64,000 nt of DNA from NCBI GenBank assembly GCA_964016885.1, contig OZ024743.1:38006001-38070000 (forward strand), written 5' to 3'. Below the pieces are notes generated by a model. The model was not told the DNA's origin and searched no databases. It was given only the letters and a program-made list of their open reading frames with translations. The DNA comes from Eledone cirrhosa (taxonomy: Eukaryota). This document shows positions 1-15,109 of the stretch, one piece after another. Position numbers and translations under genes: made by a program. Position 1 is the first letter of the stretch, and every line of letters begins with the position of its first letter.

Positions 1-960
1 CATAATTTTTCCCTGTACCATTATAGTTTTTTTGAGTATTATATGATTTATATTTCCTCATTTACTCTGTAACCCAGTATGAATCAATTTGTATATATTG
101 TTTATGGTACATGTTAATATACTGTTAACATTTTATCATTGTATTTCATTGTGACATCTATATTGTTTCTGTAAATTAACCGGGGATTATCTATTCTATT
201 TTATTATATTATATTGAATTATATAATTTTGTTGTTTATTATTTGTTATATGTGTTTCTTGTAATTATATCATATTATTGCCTCATGTATATTGGGTAGA
301 TGTATTAGTATTATTTTCACTATTACCATGCTTATTTTTAATATTCAAAATTCTAATAGGGCTTAATTTCTGTGTAGTCGAACATAGATATGTGTGTTGT
401 TATATGTGTGTGTGTGTGTGTGTGCGTGCGCACATATATACATGTATATATTGTACCTTTTGATTGTTAATTTGGAATGTTAATGTTGGTAAAAGTATAT
501 TATTATTATAATGTATTATATTGTGTTATATATAATTCCTGCTCTATATAACCAAATTTGTTTAGATTTAGGTTGGTTGCTTTGGACTATATTTGTAATA
601 TGGTTCTTAATGTTATCTACATCCTTAGTTATTCTTATTATATATTTTTATTATTTTTATCTTTATCTTCATTTTTATTATCGTATATCTTTGTAAGACA
701 TTAGTGTATGTACACTCCATATTCTTCAGAGTTTCTGGCTTGTATCTGCCGATATTACCTCTTGTTGTTTTGATTGCCCTGATGAGTCCTTAATAGGACG
801 AAACATTGTCGGCTAATAAAAACTTTTGATGTATTAAAGGATTCTTTGTTTTACTCTCTTAATTTTTTGGCTCTGTTTAACTGCATTGAACTATACTTTT
901 TACTGTCATTTCTATAATACGAAGAGGGTGTTTGACTCAAACACGCTCCAGTATTCTAAT

Positions 961-962
<2 letters not shown>
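1..962 (+). mobile_element. 3' UTR / pLTR end of a Penelope-like element (continues off the left edge)
   Basis: T-rich non-coding tract leading to a hammerhead plus AATAAA and ending in a (TA)n array, the same layout as the other PLE ends in the window. Confidence 0.5.
776..813 (+). ncRNA. Type I hammerhead ribozyme (Penelope pLTR-type)
   Basis: GCC-CTGATGA-GTCCT taat AGGAC-GAAAC att GTC-GGC: canonical core, stem I GCC/GGC, stem II 5 bp, short stem III, GUC cleavage triplet; AATAAA immediately downstream (815-820). Confidence 0.9.
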
Positions 963-2477
<1,515 letters not shown>

Positions 2478-2478
2478 A

Positions 2479-2525
<47 letters not shown>

Positions 2526-2614
2526 CGATTCTCGCTAATTTATATTTATGTATATATATAAATATATATATATGTATATATATGTATATATATGTATATA
2601 TCTTCATACATAAA

Positions 2615-3033
2615 TTCCCTTCGCTAATTTTCAAATTCCTTTAATTTATACGTTATCTTCCAACGGTTCTCAACCTCTCTATGTAAAACAATATATCTTT
2701 TTCTCAGTTATAAAAACTATCTCTTTCTCTCTATCACCCATCTCTCCCTCTCCACCTTCACTCTCATCTCCTCCCCCTTTTTTCATCCTCCCCCCCCCCC
2801 TCCCTAAATAAAATATTTTTTCCTCGCACATATCCTCCCTTCGTTAATTTTCAAAAAATTTTTTAATTTATACATTATCTTTCAACGGTTTTCAACCTCT
2901 CTATGTAAAACAATATATCTCCTCTCAGTTATAAAAACTATCTCTTTCTCTCTATCACCCATCTCTCCCTCTCATCTCCTCCCCCTTTTTCATCCTTTCC
3001 ACCCCCCCCCCTCTCTAAATAAAATATTTTTCC
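2615..3033 (+). repeat. ~200-bp tandem duplication in the UTR upstream of a hammerhead
   Basis: 2615-2822 is repeated at ~2836-3033 (ccttcg-taattttcaaa...caacctctctatgtaaaacaatatatc...taaataaaatatttttt). Confidence 0.8.
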
Positions 3034-3128
3034 CAATATCACACATCAATCTAAAACCACTTTTCATATGTTAATTTAAAACTGCACTATCCACAAGTGT
3101 TTTTTAGCCTTCATATCATGTTCTCCTG

Positions 3129-3195
3129 TTTTATCTGATGAAAACACAAATATTATTGCATGATGATGTTTGTTTTTGAAATGCGCATAATAAAA
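3129..3195 (+). ncRNA. Type I hammerhead ribozyme with palindromic stem III
   Basis: TTTTAT-CTGATGA-[AAACACAAATATTATT gca TGATGATGTTTGTTTTT]-GAAA-TGCGCA-TA-ATAAAA; stem I 6 bp; TGCGCA palindrome typical of dimer-cleaving PLE hammerheads. Confidence 0.8.
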
Positions 3196-3231
3196 TACAT
3201 GGAACTCCTTTAACCATCTTTTGATCTTATA

Positions 3232-3245
3232 TTATATGTATATAT

Positions 3246-3342
<97 letters not shown>

Positions 3343-3343
3343 A

Positions 3344-3416
<73 letters not shown>

Positions 3417-3428
3417 AATATATATATA

Positions 3429-3508
<80 letters not shown>

Positions 3509-3509
3509 A

Positions 3510-3540
<31 letters not shown>

Positions 3541-3555
3541 AATATAAATATATAA

Positions 3556-3634
<79 letters not shown>

Positions 3635-3635
3635 A

Positions 3636-3666
<31 letters not shown>

Positions 3667-3719
3667 CATATATATAAATATATATATATATAAATATATA
3701 TATATGTATATATATTTAT

Positions 3720-3780
<61 letters not shown>

Positions 3781-3830
3781 TATAAATATATACATATATA
3801 TATATATACATATATATATGTGTGTGTGTA
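3232..3830. repeat. Imperfect (TA)n microsatellite
   Basis: Directly visible. Confidence 0.97.
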
Positions 3831-4952
3831 TAAACAAACTTATATCGATATCGTGTTTTAAGCCCTAGTGTATTAGAATTCGTAGAATAATGAGAACTCA
3901 ACGCAGAAGTGATAGGATGAAAGAGGAAAAGGAGTAAAGTGGACGAGAGAAGATCAAGCAAACATTTATACACATCATCAGCTTTTAGACCGACTTTGGT
4001 TTCACACGATTTATCCAAAAGTACCACTCCTGCAACAGAAAAATATACATGTCTGTTGGTATGATGTTTGCGTGAGAAACGAACAGATTTGACAGACAGA
4101 CAGACAGATCAGAGAGAGTGTCTGTGTGTGTGTGTGTGAAAGAGAGATATATATAGAGAGAAATAAAAGGCTTCCACTCGGCACCAGTGACAACAACAAA
4201 AGCAGTTGCTTTTCAAGCATTTTTTATTGAAATGTCGATAAGGTTATTATCAAGGACTGTAAGCCTGAATGAGCACGACTGTGAGGTCAAAAGCTTTGGC
4301 TCTAAACCTAGAGAAACACTTGCGAATTGTACAATCATCTATGATATGATCTCCATAAAGAGTACATAACTTCTGTGGTATTTGTCCAGCATATTTCCAC
4401 TCTGGAAATAAAAGATCATTAAATGACGAAACTGCATCTCATCTCATGTCCATCTATTTTCAATTTGTTATAAAACAGTAGAATATTAAGATGGAAAAAT
4501 GCGTTGAAATCCCATCTTTCAGAAAATATACATATGTCATATGCATTTGTTTCATCATCAATTAAATCACTTGATTAAACACAACTAACAGAAAACCTCG
4601 AACATTAGCTGCAGTACAGAAAGAACTATTCGATTTGATTGAGACAATCAGAAAGCACTCAATAGATCGAAATTTAAAAACAAACATTGAGTCCAGAGTT
4701 AACGCCGTTGTTATATAAAGTGTGACACCAAGACAAGCGACCGAAGGCTCAAGCTGTACATGCAACAAAATAATGATACATAAACAAAGGGTTTTCATAT
4801 CTGGACCATCCCCGACTGAATAAAATCAATATAATGGATACAATCTCAGATAGGTTTCTGGAACCAATGGAAGTTTTATAACAAGTTATCTAATGCACAT
4901 GACACGGATAATAAACATTAATTCCAGAGTTTATATATATATATATATATAT

Positions 4953-5113
4953 AACGAAGGAAGTGTGGTAAGGAACCAGATGGACCATAACGCACCAGGG
5001 TACTCAATAATTTGGGTAGTAGAGTGGGTAACAGGAAATTGTTCAAGACCCAAGTCCAGAAATAGCCATCGAAAAGGCTCCAGTTCGGCCGTCGGGGTCT
5101 TGAACAATTTCCT
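4953..5113. mobile_element. Fold-back element copy 2 (diverged subfamily, internally deleted)
   Basis: Same head as 2243; arms AGGAAATTGTTCAAGACCC / GGGTCTTGAACAATTTCCT; flanked by (TA)n. Confidence 0.85.
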
Positions 5114-5142
5114 ATATATATATATATATATATATATGACTA

Positions 5143-5198
5143 ACTGTCTGATGAGGTCATAGCCATTCAATGGCTATCATCGAAATATATATAGCAGT
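5143..5198 (+). ncRNA. Type I hammerhead ribozyme in a ~195-bp TA-flanked element (5138-5333)
   Basis: ACTGT-CTGATGA-GGTC ATAGCCATT c AATGGCTAT CATC-GAAA-TATATA-TA-GCAGT; stem I ACTGT/GCAGT; AATAAA follows. Confidence 0.85.
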
Positions 5199-5332
5199 AA
5201 ATAAAGGATTATGAGTTCATGCAATTGACTTATGTTTCGTCACTATTATAACTCCGGAACTTATAGCTTCGTCAGTGCATACTGAAGTACTGCATATTGA
5301 AGTTCTGGATTTTACCAACACTTACTTTCTTG

Positions 5333-5453
<121 letters not shown>

Positions 5454-5481
5454 CTGTATATATATATATATTGCAAATACG

Positions 5482-5512
<31 letters not shown>

Positions 5513-5516
<4 letters not shown>

Positions 5517-7297
5517 TAAAATAACAGATTAAAGTTTAAGCAAAGAATCGCTGCTTTCACCCTTAACGGGATCTTCTGAAACTAACAAAGTCAATCTGTA
5601 AACGCAGAACTGGATATTTCAAAAAACGTTGCAACCGGAGGAAGACAGGAAGACGATACTTTGGTTCGTGGTAACGTTCGCTGGCAAAGAACGGGAAAAA
5701 ACGAATAAGACGTCATTAATAGGAGCGGTGAAAAAAAACCACGTGCAACCCTGTAGTTAGTACTAACTGTAATTGTAGGAATCGGGCTGATTGCCCCCTA
5801 TCCGGGAAATGCCTCTCTAGTAACATTGTCTACAAATGTAAGGTTGTAACACCCACGTCCCGTAGGGCCTACATAGGGTTAACCGCCAATAGTTTCAAGC
5901 AGCGTCTTTACATGCATACCCATTCTTTTCGTTACCCTGTAAGAAGGAATATGACGTCACTTTCAGCTTATATCTGGAGTCTAAAAGACAACCACACCCA
6001 CTATAAGTTACACTGGGAGATCCTAGCTAGGGCTAGATCGTATAACGGAAATAAAAGACCATGTGACCTCTGCGCCGCTGAGGCCCTGGAATTACTCTAC
6101 GCTACAGACCACATCTTAAACAAAAAATCTGAGGCAATTTCGGCTTGTAAACATAAATTGCACAAACCGTTCCTGTATTACAGCCCCACGTTATACCCTA
6201 ACGGATAGCACGATCTATACGTGGATATTTTACGTCTTGATGTGGGAGCTAAGTATATGTTTTGTTTATTCCTTTACTTATTTGCATAGGTAAGTATAAA
6301 TTAACCGTATGTTTTGTGAAGGTATGTATACCTTCTCGTACGTATATTTGACTGTTATAGCGTATCATTTTTACATATTCTGGTATTTAGGGTTTGGCTA
6401 TGTGTATACGGGAGTTTTGCGTCCGCGTGAGTGTACAGGTTCGTACGTATGGTGGGTGTGTGTATATGTGTACTTCTTGTTTTAGTTGACTTACGTTTCC
6501 GAACATTCGTGTATTTATATGTAGGTATGCGTGTGCGCTTGTTATATACGTATTTATCTACTTATATACGTTTATATAATTATTTATTTATTTGTACACA
6601 AGCATACACACACACACATATTTATATGTGCGTGGTTTAGTATACCCATGGTAAGGTTTTGCGTATGCTTGTGTATGTACGTATCTGTTTGCGTGTATGT
6701 ATTTATTTGTTTCTATTACTTCTGTATTGTATTTATTTACTTTGTTCTTAACTCTGTAGCGGAGATTCATTTGGTCTCCTAGTTAGAATTTTAGTCTACG
6801 ATTTCTGCTATACCATTTACGTGGTTTTGTCTTTGCGTGCTATTGTTCTCCACGCCCCACATATGACTTATTACCTTCGTTTTTTCGTTCATTGCCAGAG
6901 AACGTCTCTATGCACCACCTAAGAGAACATTAGTCTACGACCTCTTTTATACCATAAACGTGGTTTTGTCTTTGCGCGTAATTGTTTTTCACCGCTCCTA
7001 TTAATGACATATTATTCGTTTTTTCCCGTTCTTTGCCAGCGAACGTTACCACGAACCAAAGTATCGTCTTCCTGTCTTCCTCCGGTTGCAACGTTTTTTG
7101 AAATATCCAGTTCTGCGTTTACAGATTGACTTTGTTAGTTTCAGAAAATCCCGTTAAGGGTGAAAGCAGCAATTCTTTGCTTAAACTTTAATCTGTTATT
7201 TTAATAAGTTATTTGCTCTACGGTTCTTATATATTTGATATATACTTTCCTTATCGAGCCCTCTATGGATTTTAGTCTTCAATTTTATTATTATTAC

Positions 7298-7298
<1 letters not shown>
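5513..7298 (+). mobile_element. 5'-truncated Penelope-like element with inverted pLTR
   Basis: 5513-~5740 is the reverse complement of ~6980-7206; encloses a GIY-YIG coding remnant; (TA)n on both sides. Confidence 0.85.
5762..6208 (+). pseudogene. PLE (Naiad-type) GIY-YIG endonuclease C-terminal remnant
   Basis: Open frame from 5762: TNCNCRNRADCPLSGKCLSSNIVYKC...AYIGLTANSFKQR...H..SF...TSLSAYIWSLK...W.IL...CDLC..E...LNKKSE...CKH; collinear with the 26512-28893 ORF. Confidence 0.9.
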
Positions 7299-7373
<75 letters not shown>

Positions 7374-7432
7374 TATGTATGAGAGACGTAAAATAAGAAA
7401 ATTATAAAATTAACGTACTTACTAAAAAATCA

Positions 7433-7512
7433 CTTCCAACTAATTAGTTTCTGGAATGGAGTAAATATATTTTCCGAAGAAACATATGAAAATCATTCCA
7501 TCATCAGGAAAG
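7433..7512 (-). ncRNA. Type I hammerhead ribozyme (inverted copy)
   Basis: Reverse complement reads CTTTC-CTGATGA-TGGAATG...CATTCCA-GAAA-CTAATTAG-TT-GGAAG. Confidence 0.85.
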
Positions 7513-7885
7513 TCTTTTTCCGTGTAAGTCTCCAGGCATAGCAAGGACTCTGGAAACTTATTAAAAAAATAATTCAGTGGAAAGGAAATAGCGAAGCGTG
7601 GACTGGATTCCTAGCCATTGAGAAAATCACTGCCTCTACGTCTGTGGCAAATTCAAAAAGAATCAATCACGTGACATCGAGGTCAATCAGTGGAAAGCGA
7701 GTTGTTAATAACACAGCGTCCAGCCTACTACCATAGTAGCAGTCATGGCCAAATATTGCTCGACAAATGAATTGGAGATAATTATAAGGAATTTATATCT
7801 ATTAACATTTATATACACACAGATGCATATCAATGCTAGCAAATATATAGTCCTCGCTATGCCTGGAGACTTACACGGAAAAAGA

Positions 7886-7964
7886 CTTTCCTGATGACGG
7901 AATGATTTTCCATGTTTCTTCGGAAAATATATTTACTCCATTCCAGAAACTAATTAGTTGGAAG
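7886..7964 (+). ncRNA. Type I hammerhead ribozyme
   Basis: CTTTC-CTGATGA-CGGAATG...CATTCCA-GAAA-CTAATTAG-TT-GGAAG; stem I CTTTC/GGAAG, palindromic CTAATTAG in stem III, GUU triplet. Confidence 0.85.
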
Positions 7965-8998
7965 TGATTTTTTAGTAAGTAAGTTAATTTTATAATTTTC
8001 TTATTTTACGTCTCTCATATTATTGTTCTGCAACCCCATGCATTGAACCACAATGTTAATATGACAAAACCTATATATTTGCTAGCATTGATATGCATCT
8101 GTGTGTATATAAATGTTAATAGATATAAATTCCTTATAATATATACATATGTATGTATTTTTAATGTTGCCTAATATATCATCGGAAAATATTCTGATTT
8201 TAGTTTCTCTCATATAGAGGTGGTCGATGTTATCACTAGAATCTCTTTTACTTACAAATTCTTTTCATAATATATGAAAATGAATTGTGGCAAATAAGCA
8301 TACAAAGTAATTTAAGTCTCAATTAAATGTATCTTTCATTCCTAATATAATACACTCTCTATTCATACTTAGCTTAAATAAATTCGATGTCATTTATAAT
8401 TTTACACTTATCCGATATAATGAAAATCCGTTGTGAATGCAAAACAAGTCAATATAAATCTAATAAAACTTTACATCGCCGCTTGTTAGACTTATATTAG
8501 GAGATCATCAAAAGGAAATTAAAGATTTCCAAAAGTGGATCAAATGGATTTAGTTTGAGTGGGAAAACAACATTCATAGAACGGAGCTATTGTAGATATA
8601 GTATTAGCTATGCACCACATGATATTAAAATACCAGAAAACCTTACCCCCATCGTTCTATTTCTCAATTATTGGTATGTCTTCAGCTATAATTATTTCAT
8701 TCGGTAACCTCGGTGTAGCTAGAAGCACTACTGAGAAACAGGACTTGCAGTTTACGTCATTATAGTTTTCACGTTTCTATTCCTAACTTAATCAGCTTAT
8801 CAAAATGACATACATATGTAAGGCCGTAGCTGCATGACAAAAAATATTTGATAAGCTGATTAAAATGTTAGATAACATTAAAATGCCGAAAGATATTAAG
8901 TATAACAAATTGGACTAGAACCACTGCGTGATTTTTAACTGGCAAAATGCCCCTCTCATAATGCAATATCGGATATAACACATCACAAAATAATCTTG

Positions 8999-9283
<285 letters not shown>

Positions 9284-9559
9284 ATATATTTGTATGTGTG
9301 TGTATGTGCATGTAAGCGAAATGTAAACGGAAAATGACACAGCAAAACGATAAAGTACAATGTAGATATATTTTATAATATCATAGTGGACCATCGTTGT
9401 CAGGCAATATTCACCATAGAATTCCTTTCTGTTTATTTTTTTTATTCAATGTCAGACTATGTCTTCCCCGTGTCTCATCTCCCGTTACTTATTCCACGCG
9501 GCCTCTATCAGTGAATCGTCAATCTTCAATTGTTCTGATGGTGGTTTCTATGGAGGGTG

Positions 9560-9667
9560 GGCTAGAGCAACGTGAAATAAAGTGTTTTCTCGAAGGAAAC
9601 AACACACTGGCGTTAATCGAACACAACCTATGATCGATAGCCGATTACTTTAACCATGCTACTACGA
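9560..9667 (-). mobile_element. tRNA-derived SINE fragment (family A, Meta-domain-like)
   Basis: Reverse complement contains gtgttgtttccttcgagaaaacactttatttcacgttgctctag, matching 10700-10750 and 43335-43385. Confidence 0.6.
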
Positions 9668-10199
9668 AAAGTCATACACACAGTTGCAGTAGGAAATAGA
9701 AAAACGGACAGAAGAAAGGGGCGTTTCGATGGACGATGAAAAACCATGTGTCAGTGAAATTTATTTAACAATCTGAATGGAAATGTGTCACATTCTCACC
9801 CTGCTGAACAGTAATGTATATTTTCGTATGTAGAAAAGACATAATTTTATGATTATGTGTTTGATTTCTTTAATACCCTTCGAAGTTAAGAAACTCCCTG
9901 AGGCCAACACCTTTTCCTTGTGACACAGATTTCGAAAATAAAATCTGTTTTTTCGCCGACAAACTTACACACACACATATATACATACACATAGACATTC
10001 TAAAATATATAGTTAACACATAGGACGAGGGATCTGTTTATTGTTTCTGTAGCATTTTACATGAATGGAGATAGCTTGCGGGCCACGTCTTGCCATTTTT
10101 AATCAGTTGTCTAAATGCCAAACAGATAGATTCGATGTGATCAGGATTCTCCATGAAATTACACCACGTCTTCTTAAATGAAATATACATTCGAGAGTA

Positions 10200-10200
<1 letters not shown>

Positions 10201-10230
<30 letters not shown>

Positions 10231-10600
10231 CTTCTTCTTCTTCTTCTTCTTCTTCTTCTTCTTCTTCTTCTTCTTCTTCTTCTTCTTCTTCTTCGTTCCA
10301 TCACCCACTTATTTCTGGGAGGGTCATACAGGCAGTGTCCTCAAAAATACATTCTAGCAGGCCCTGTTCGTAGCTACCGTCTCAAATTGATTTGGCTGGA
10401 TCCTCAAGAGAGACCAGCCGAGCACATGCATGTTGCATGTTATCCAAACACGTTGCTTGAGGTGTATCCGTAGGTCACCTGCAGGTTGGTTTTGCACATA
10501 GATCCTGTGCAACTATTCTTTCCTGAGACATTCTAACCACATTCCATTAGTATCGGAACTGTTATCTCTTAATTCGGAGAATTAACGAGTCTCTGATCTC
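10201..10600 (-). mobile_element. 3' end of an RTE-like LINE with (GAA)n tail
   Basis: (CTT)n at 10201-10294 adjoins a degenerate GRP..RW.D.I-type terminal coding remnant on the minus strand, similar to 33000-33170. Confidence 0.45.
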
Positions 10601-10644
10601 TAAGCAACCCACTCGATCGAGTAATCTTATTCTAATGGCCCTCC

Positions 10645-10770
10645 GTGAAGGCACATAGGGCTTGCACTTGAAAGGTTGTGAGTTCAATTCTCGGACCGGG
10701 TAATGTGTTGTTTCCTTGAGCGAGACACTTTATTTGACGTTGCTCCAGTTTACTCAGGTGTAGAATTGAG
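10645..10770 (+). mobile_element. tRNA-derived SINE (family A)
   Basis: B-box-like GAGTTCAATTC followed by gtgttgtttccttgagcgagacactttatttgacgttgctccagt; homologous copies at 36135, 43284 and 50480 (minus). Confidence 0.7.
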
Positions 10771-11396
10771 ATGATAGGACTGTGGTTCCTATCATTAAAA
10801 CCACCCAAGATACCTCCAAAGAGATATACCTTGGAGGAGGCCAGCTAAACCTGCATAGGTGAGCACACACACACATACACACATACACCCACACACACAC
10901 GCACGCGCACGCATACACACACATACGCACACACAGAGACTCACAATGGCTCTCCGATTGAACCCCATTTCGAACGTTTGTATTCGAGATCGAATTGCGC
11001 CATATTCCGTATTCAGTGTGAGACAGTGATTTTAATACTAGAAAGCAACCAACAAAATCATTGATCATAGATTTATTAGACCATGGTTGACCAAAAGTTA
11101 AACTGCATCAATAACATAGATTAAAAATAATTGTTGGACGTTTGTTAAAGATTGAAAACAGCTGGATGTTTCGCTAAATAAACCGCAGTAAATATTCAAT
11201 GTTTATTTTATTATGTATTTAGGAGGTCCATTTTTTTTCCGATTGTTTAATTCAGATAGATTTAAAATTACAGGAACGTATAACACTAAGAGTCGCTATG
11301 AACCTCTGATTGAATATGTCTTCTTCGATGAATAACAATTGTGCTGTGCCTCTATTATATCGCTTTGGACACACTCACATACACACATATTGTATA

Positions 11397-11461
<65 letters not shown>

Positions 11462-13408
11462 ATGACCATTTGCTTATGTTTCAGTGAGACTGTGTAATTA
11501 CACCACAAATAGTTCTCAAGGGAATTTATTGAAAATGTCCTTTAATACAAAAAGAAAATCGAAACTCAGAAATACATTCCCTACTGCTATTTACAAATTC
11601 GATTGGATAAATGATTACCCTCTTTTTTAGGTCTATTATGATTGATGAAACGAAAATATATATATATATATTAAACTTCCGGATGGAGTATACTTAGTTT
11701 TATATGTTGTTTCTAAAATCCTGTTGATTATTTATGTTTTATGAGAATGTTTTAAATCATTTAACAATGTAATACTTTGGTAAATATGATGCTATTTTTG
11801 TTTTGCTGTTCATCGTTTTACCTATAAATGGGAGTAATACACAAAAGAGAATCACAGTAACAACATTTGTTGAATTGTTTTTCAATTGGATGCATGCTAG
11901 CTTTCCTATCTTTCTTGTTGTATTCTTGTTTCCTATATTTTGTTGAAGCACCCTATGTGATTGCTTTACTTTTCTATATTAGAAAATGTGTTTGAAAACA
12001 TCGAAAATACCAAAGGTATCATGGCATAGTCAATTAATCTTTAGTTTTACACGAACGTATATTGGCATTCTACTTAATTTTAATAGAAAGATTTACTTTT
12101 TTAAGGGAAACAATTCTTAATGTTTATTTTCTGGACAGCTAATTGCAACAATATACTTGACATTTTCTCATTTTCCTGAACAATGTGAATCTACGAACTA
12201 GCAGGAAAAAGATTAAAATACACATTATATTCGAAATAATTGCATGTTTAAATTTACAATATATTCGTTTTCTATTTTGTGATATTTGAAACATGTTACA
12301 TTGAATTACTAATTTCGAACAGAGAAGCACAATTACACGATTCTCTTCCTTATCTATGCATTGGAGTTTGTAATAGTTGATTCAGAATGCCATAGCCTTA
12401 TACACTATTTAGAAAATTGTGATATATATGGATGTTTTCCTGGATTTTATATAAACTATTATACATTGTGGTATACAATTTGTTCAGTTGTTTTAAGCAA
12501 TATAACCACACTCCCAATATATCTTAGTATATAAAATAGATATATGAATCAGGCATTTGAAAGTAGCTACGAAAGGATTTTCTGAACAACACAAGCTTAG
12601 TTACTGCTTCTCTGCTTATCCACGAAAGGAGGTCCTAAACATGTTTTCTCGCTGTTTTACTTCAGTTACCGTGCAATTTCGTGTACGTTCAATAAGTCAG
12701 TGGAATAAATGTGATATAATATACAACGTAAGTGGCTAGTAAGTTAGAATTGACGCTTTGGTGATGTTATGAAGAAACTGTTACAGATAAAACATAAGTG
12801 GCACGTAAAGAACCGGAATTTTAAAAGAATCAATTCATTGTATTAGAGAGGTGATGGAAGTCACCAAATAAGGGGATTTAGTTTTTTTTTAATCAGGGAA
12901 AATATAGGAAAATGTTAAATGCTCATAGAATTGAAACACTTGTATTAACATGAATACATTTGCATTAAAAGTCAATGAATGTACTGGCGAGTGGAGCTGA
13001 CGCAACTTGGTAATATGGCAAATGTGTTGTTGGTTTGTCGTTCACTGCGAAGGAGGACACATTTAATAAGATTTTACTAAAGACACAATGGCAATGTATG
13101 GCAGTTTTAGTGTGAGACAAACGGGAAGGGTAAAAATCGATTTAGGAGTTGAAGCAAAAAGTTTATCTTTTATAGTTTGTCAAAAGAGGAATGAGGGATA
13201 GTGCGAAACGAAATTCCTAACTACATGACACATTCCTACAGCAACACTTAAATGATAGAGTCTATGAATCACTGCAATTGTAGACGTTAATAAATTATAT
13301 TTATACCCAGGCCATCTCTAAAATAGAATGATCGAAGTCGGAACATTAATAATCAATTCGTATCATTGACCAACATCCTAGGCATTCTATTGCATTATTT
13401 AACGTGAC

Positions 13409-13593
13409 GATGGATTGGCAGAATCAGTAGAGGGTCTGACGCCATGCTTTGGAGTAAACAGTTATGATCCTTTATGATCTGAGTTCAAATCACGCCAAGG
13501 TTAACTTTGCTTTTCATCCTTACGGGGTCGATAAAATAAAGTACCAGTAATACACTGGTATAATTACTGGCATTGTGCCGCTAGTAGAAATCC
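13409..13593 (+). mobile_element. tRNA-derived SINE (family B, Deu/Nin-domain-like) with 14-bp TSD
   Basis: B box GAGTTCAAATC; core ttttcatccttacggggtcgataaaataaagtaccag; TSD TTATTTAACGTGAC at 13395-13408 and 13594-13607. Confidence 0.85.
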
Positions 13594-14257
13594 TTATTTA
13601 ACGTGACCGCTGTTTTTAATCTATGGATAGAAATGTGATTGGAGAATTATTACTTGTTCAGCTATTAGTAACTGTCCATCATATCACAGAGTTGATCCCA
13701 GAGTTCATGTATACTTCATTCGTACGATTCCGGAAACAGGAAGCTGCAGTAAATTCGATATTTTACGCACGAAGCATTTGTTAATAGTGAATATAAACAA
13801 AGATTCTCTTCAGGAACAATCCAAAAAATGAAAGCATCTTTCTTCCGTCTAGCTTCTGTTTCGATCTGGTAGTGATAGACTTTTCATATTAAACACATGC
13901 CAGAAACAATTGGGATAAAGTATCCTTAATCACTCTGGAAAGGGTAGGTATACAGTATGGTATAGGTCTGATGGATTCGAATATGCCTGGGGTTAAAGAA
14001 CAACATTAGGAATATATCACCACAATGTAATAGGACATACCTTTCATATATTCACAATATCGGATATATCTCACTATATTCTCTTAATTTTGATTTAATG
14101 TATGAAAAGACTAAAATGGAGCCTATAACACTGTATATGTAACATCGCGCACACACATATACAAACACACACATGCGCACATACACATATACATCCACAC
14201 ATAAACATAAATATATACATGCATAATGTATATATATATATAATAAAGTTTAGATCG

Positions 14258-14378
<121 letters not shown>

Positions 14379-14973
14379 AGTGTGTGTGTGTCAGTGTGTG
14401 TGTGTCAGTGTGTCTGTGTCTGAGTGTGTAGGTCTGTATAGTAAGTGTCAGAGATAATCAGGATACAATTTCAATGATATTGCTTTATCGATTGCAAATG
14501 ATATATTAAATAGAGTAGAATTGATAAAATATTAATTTCACCTATATATATATATATATATATGTATGTATATGTATATATATTTATATATATATATATA
14601 TAAAACGATATATATATGCATATATAAATATACAAATATATAGTTGCACACCCGCACGAACACACATATCACCGCCATATATATAAATATATATATATAC
14701 GGGTGTGGGGCGGAGGGGTTGTGTCGAGTATTAATTTGACAACTAAATCAAATAGTCCTAATTAAATCCACGTTTAGCTTAAGATGTGCAATGGTGAAAA
14801 TGCAGCAATATGCTGGAAATTGTCTTATTATATTTCAGTATACAACAAGGAAGTAGACTCACTATTCACACTAAGCATCAGCAATCAACGTTTTGATATA
14901 TATATATATATATATATAAATTAATAAAAACAATGAATAAAAACAAAGAAACAGTTCCTTATATTAAAAAATT

Positions 14974-15109
14974 CATCATTTTACGATAGTTTCTAGGATA
15001 TATATGTGTGTGTTGGTATGTATATCATATAGATCTATGTAAACATTTTACAAACTATCAGAGGGAATATACATACCTACACATATATATACTGTCTTCA
15101 GAAATAATG
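14974..15109 (-). ncRNA. Type I hammerhead ribozyme with very long stem II
   Basis: Reverse complement reads CATTATTT-CTGAAGA-[~100-nt hairpin with TATATATGTGT..GGTATGTATAT / ATATACATACC..ACACATATATA]-GAAA-CTATCG-TA-AAATGATG; 8-bp stem I. Confidence 0.8.

Larger units (their letters stand above)
7378..8140. mobile_element. Non-coding hammerhead-bearing element (retrozyme / non-autonomous PLE-like), permuted and inverted
   Basis: 7378-7549 is the reverse complement of 7849-8019; 7781-7850 is the reverse complement of 8071-8140; no ORF; TA-rich flanks. Confidence 0.75.

Noticed and set aside
3970-4008. Minus-strand GAAACC..GGTC..CTGATGA resembling a type II hammerhead
   Set aside because: Stem I is only ~1 bp and stem II cannot pair; probably chance.
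10645-13593. tRNA genes suggested by B-box motifs
   Set aside because: No cloverleaf; the motifs are SINE heads followed by SINE core and tail sequence.
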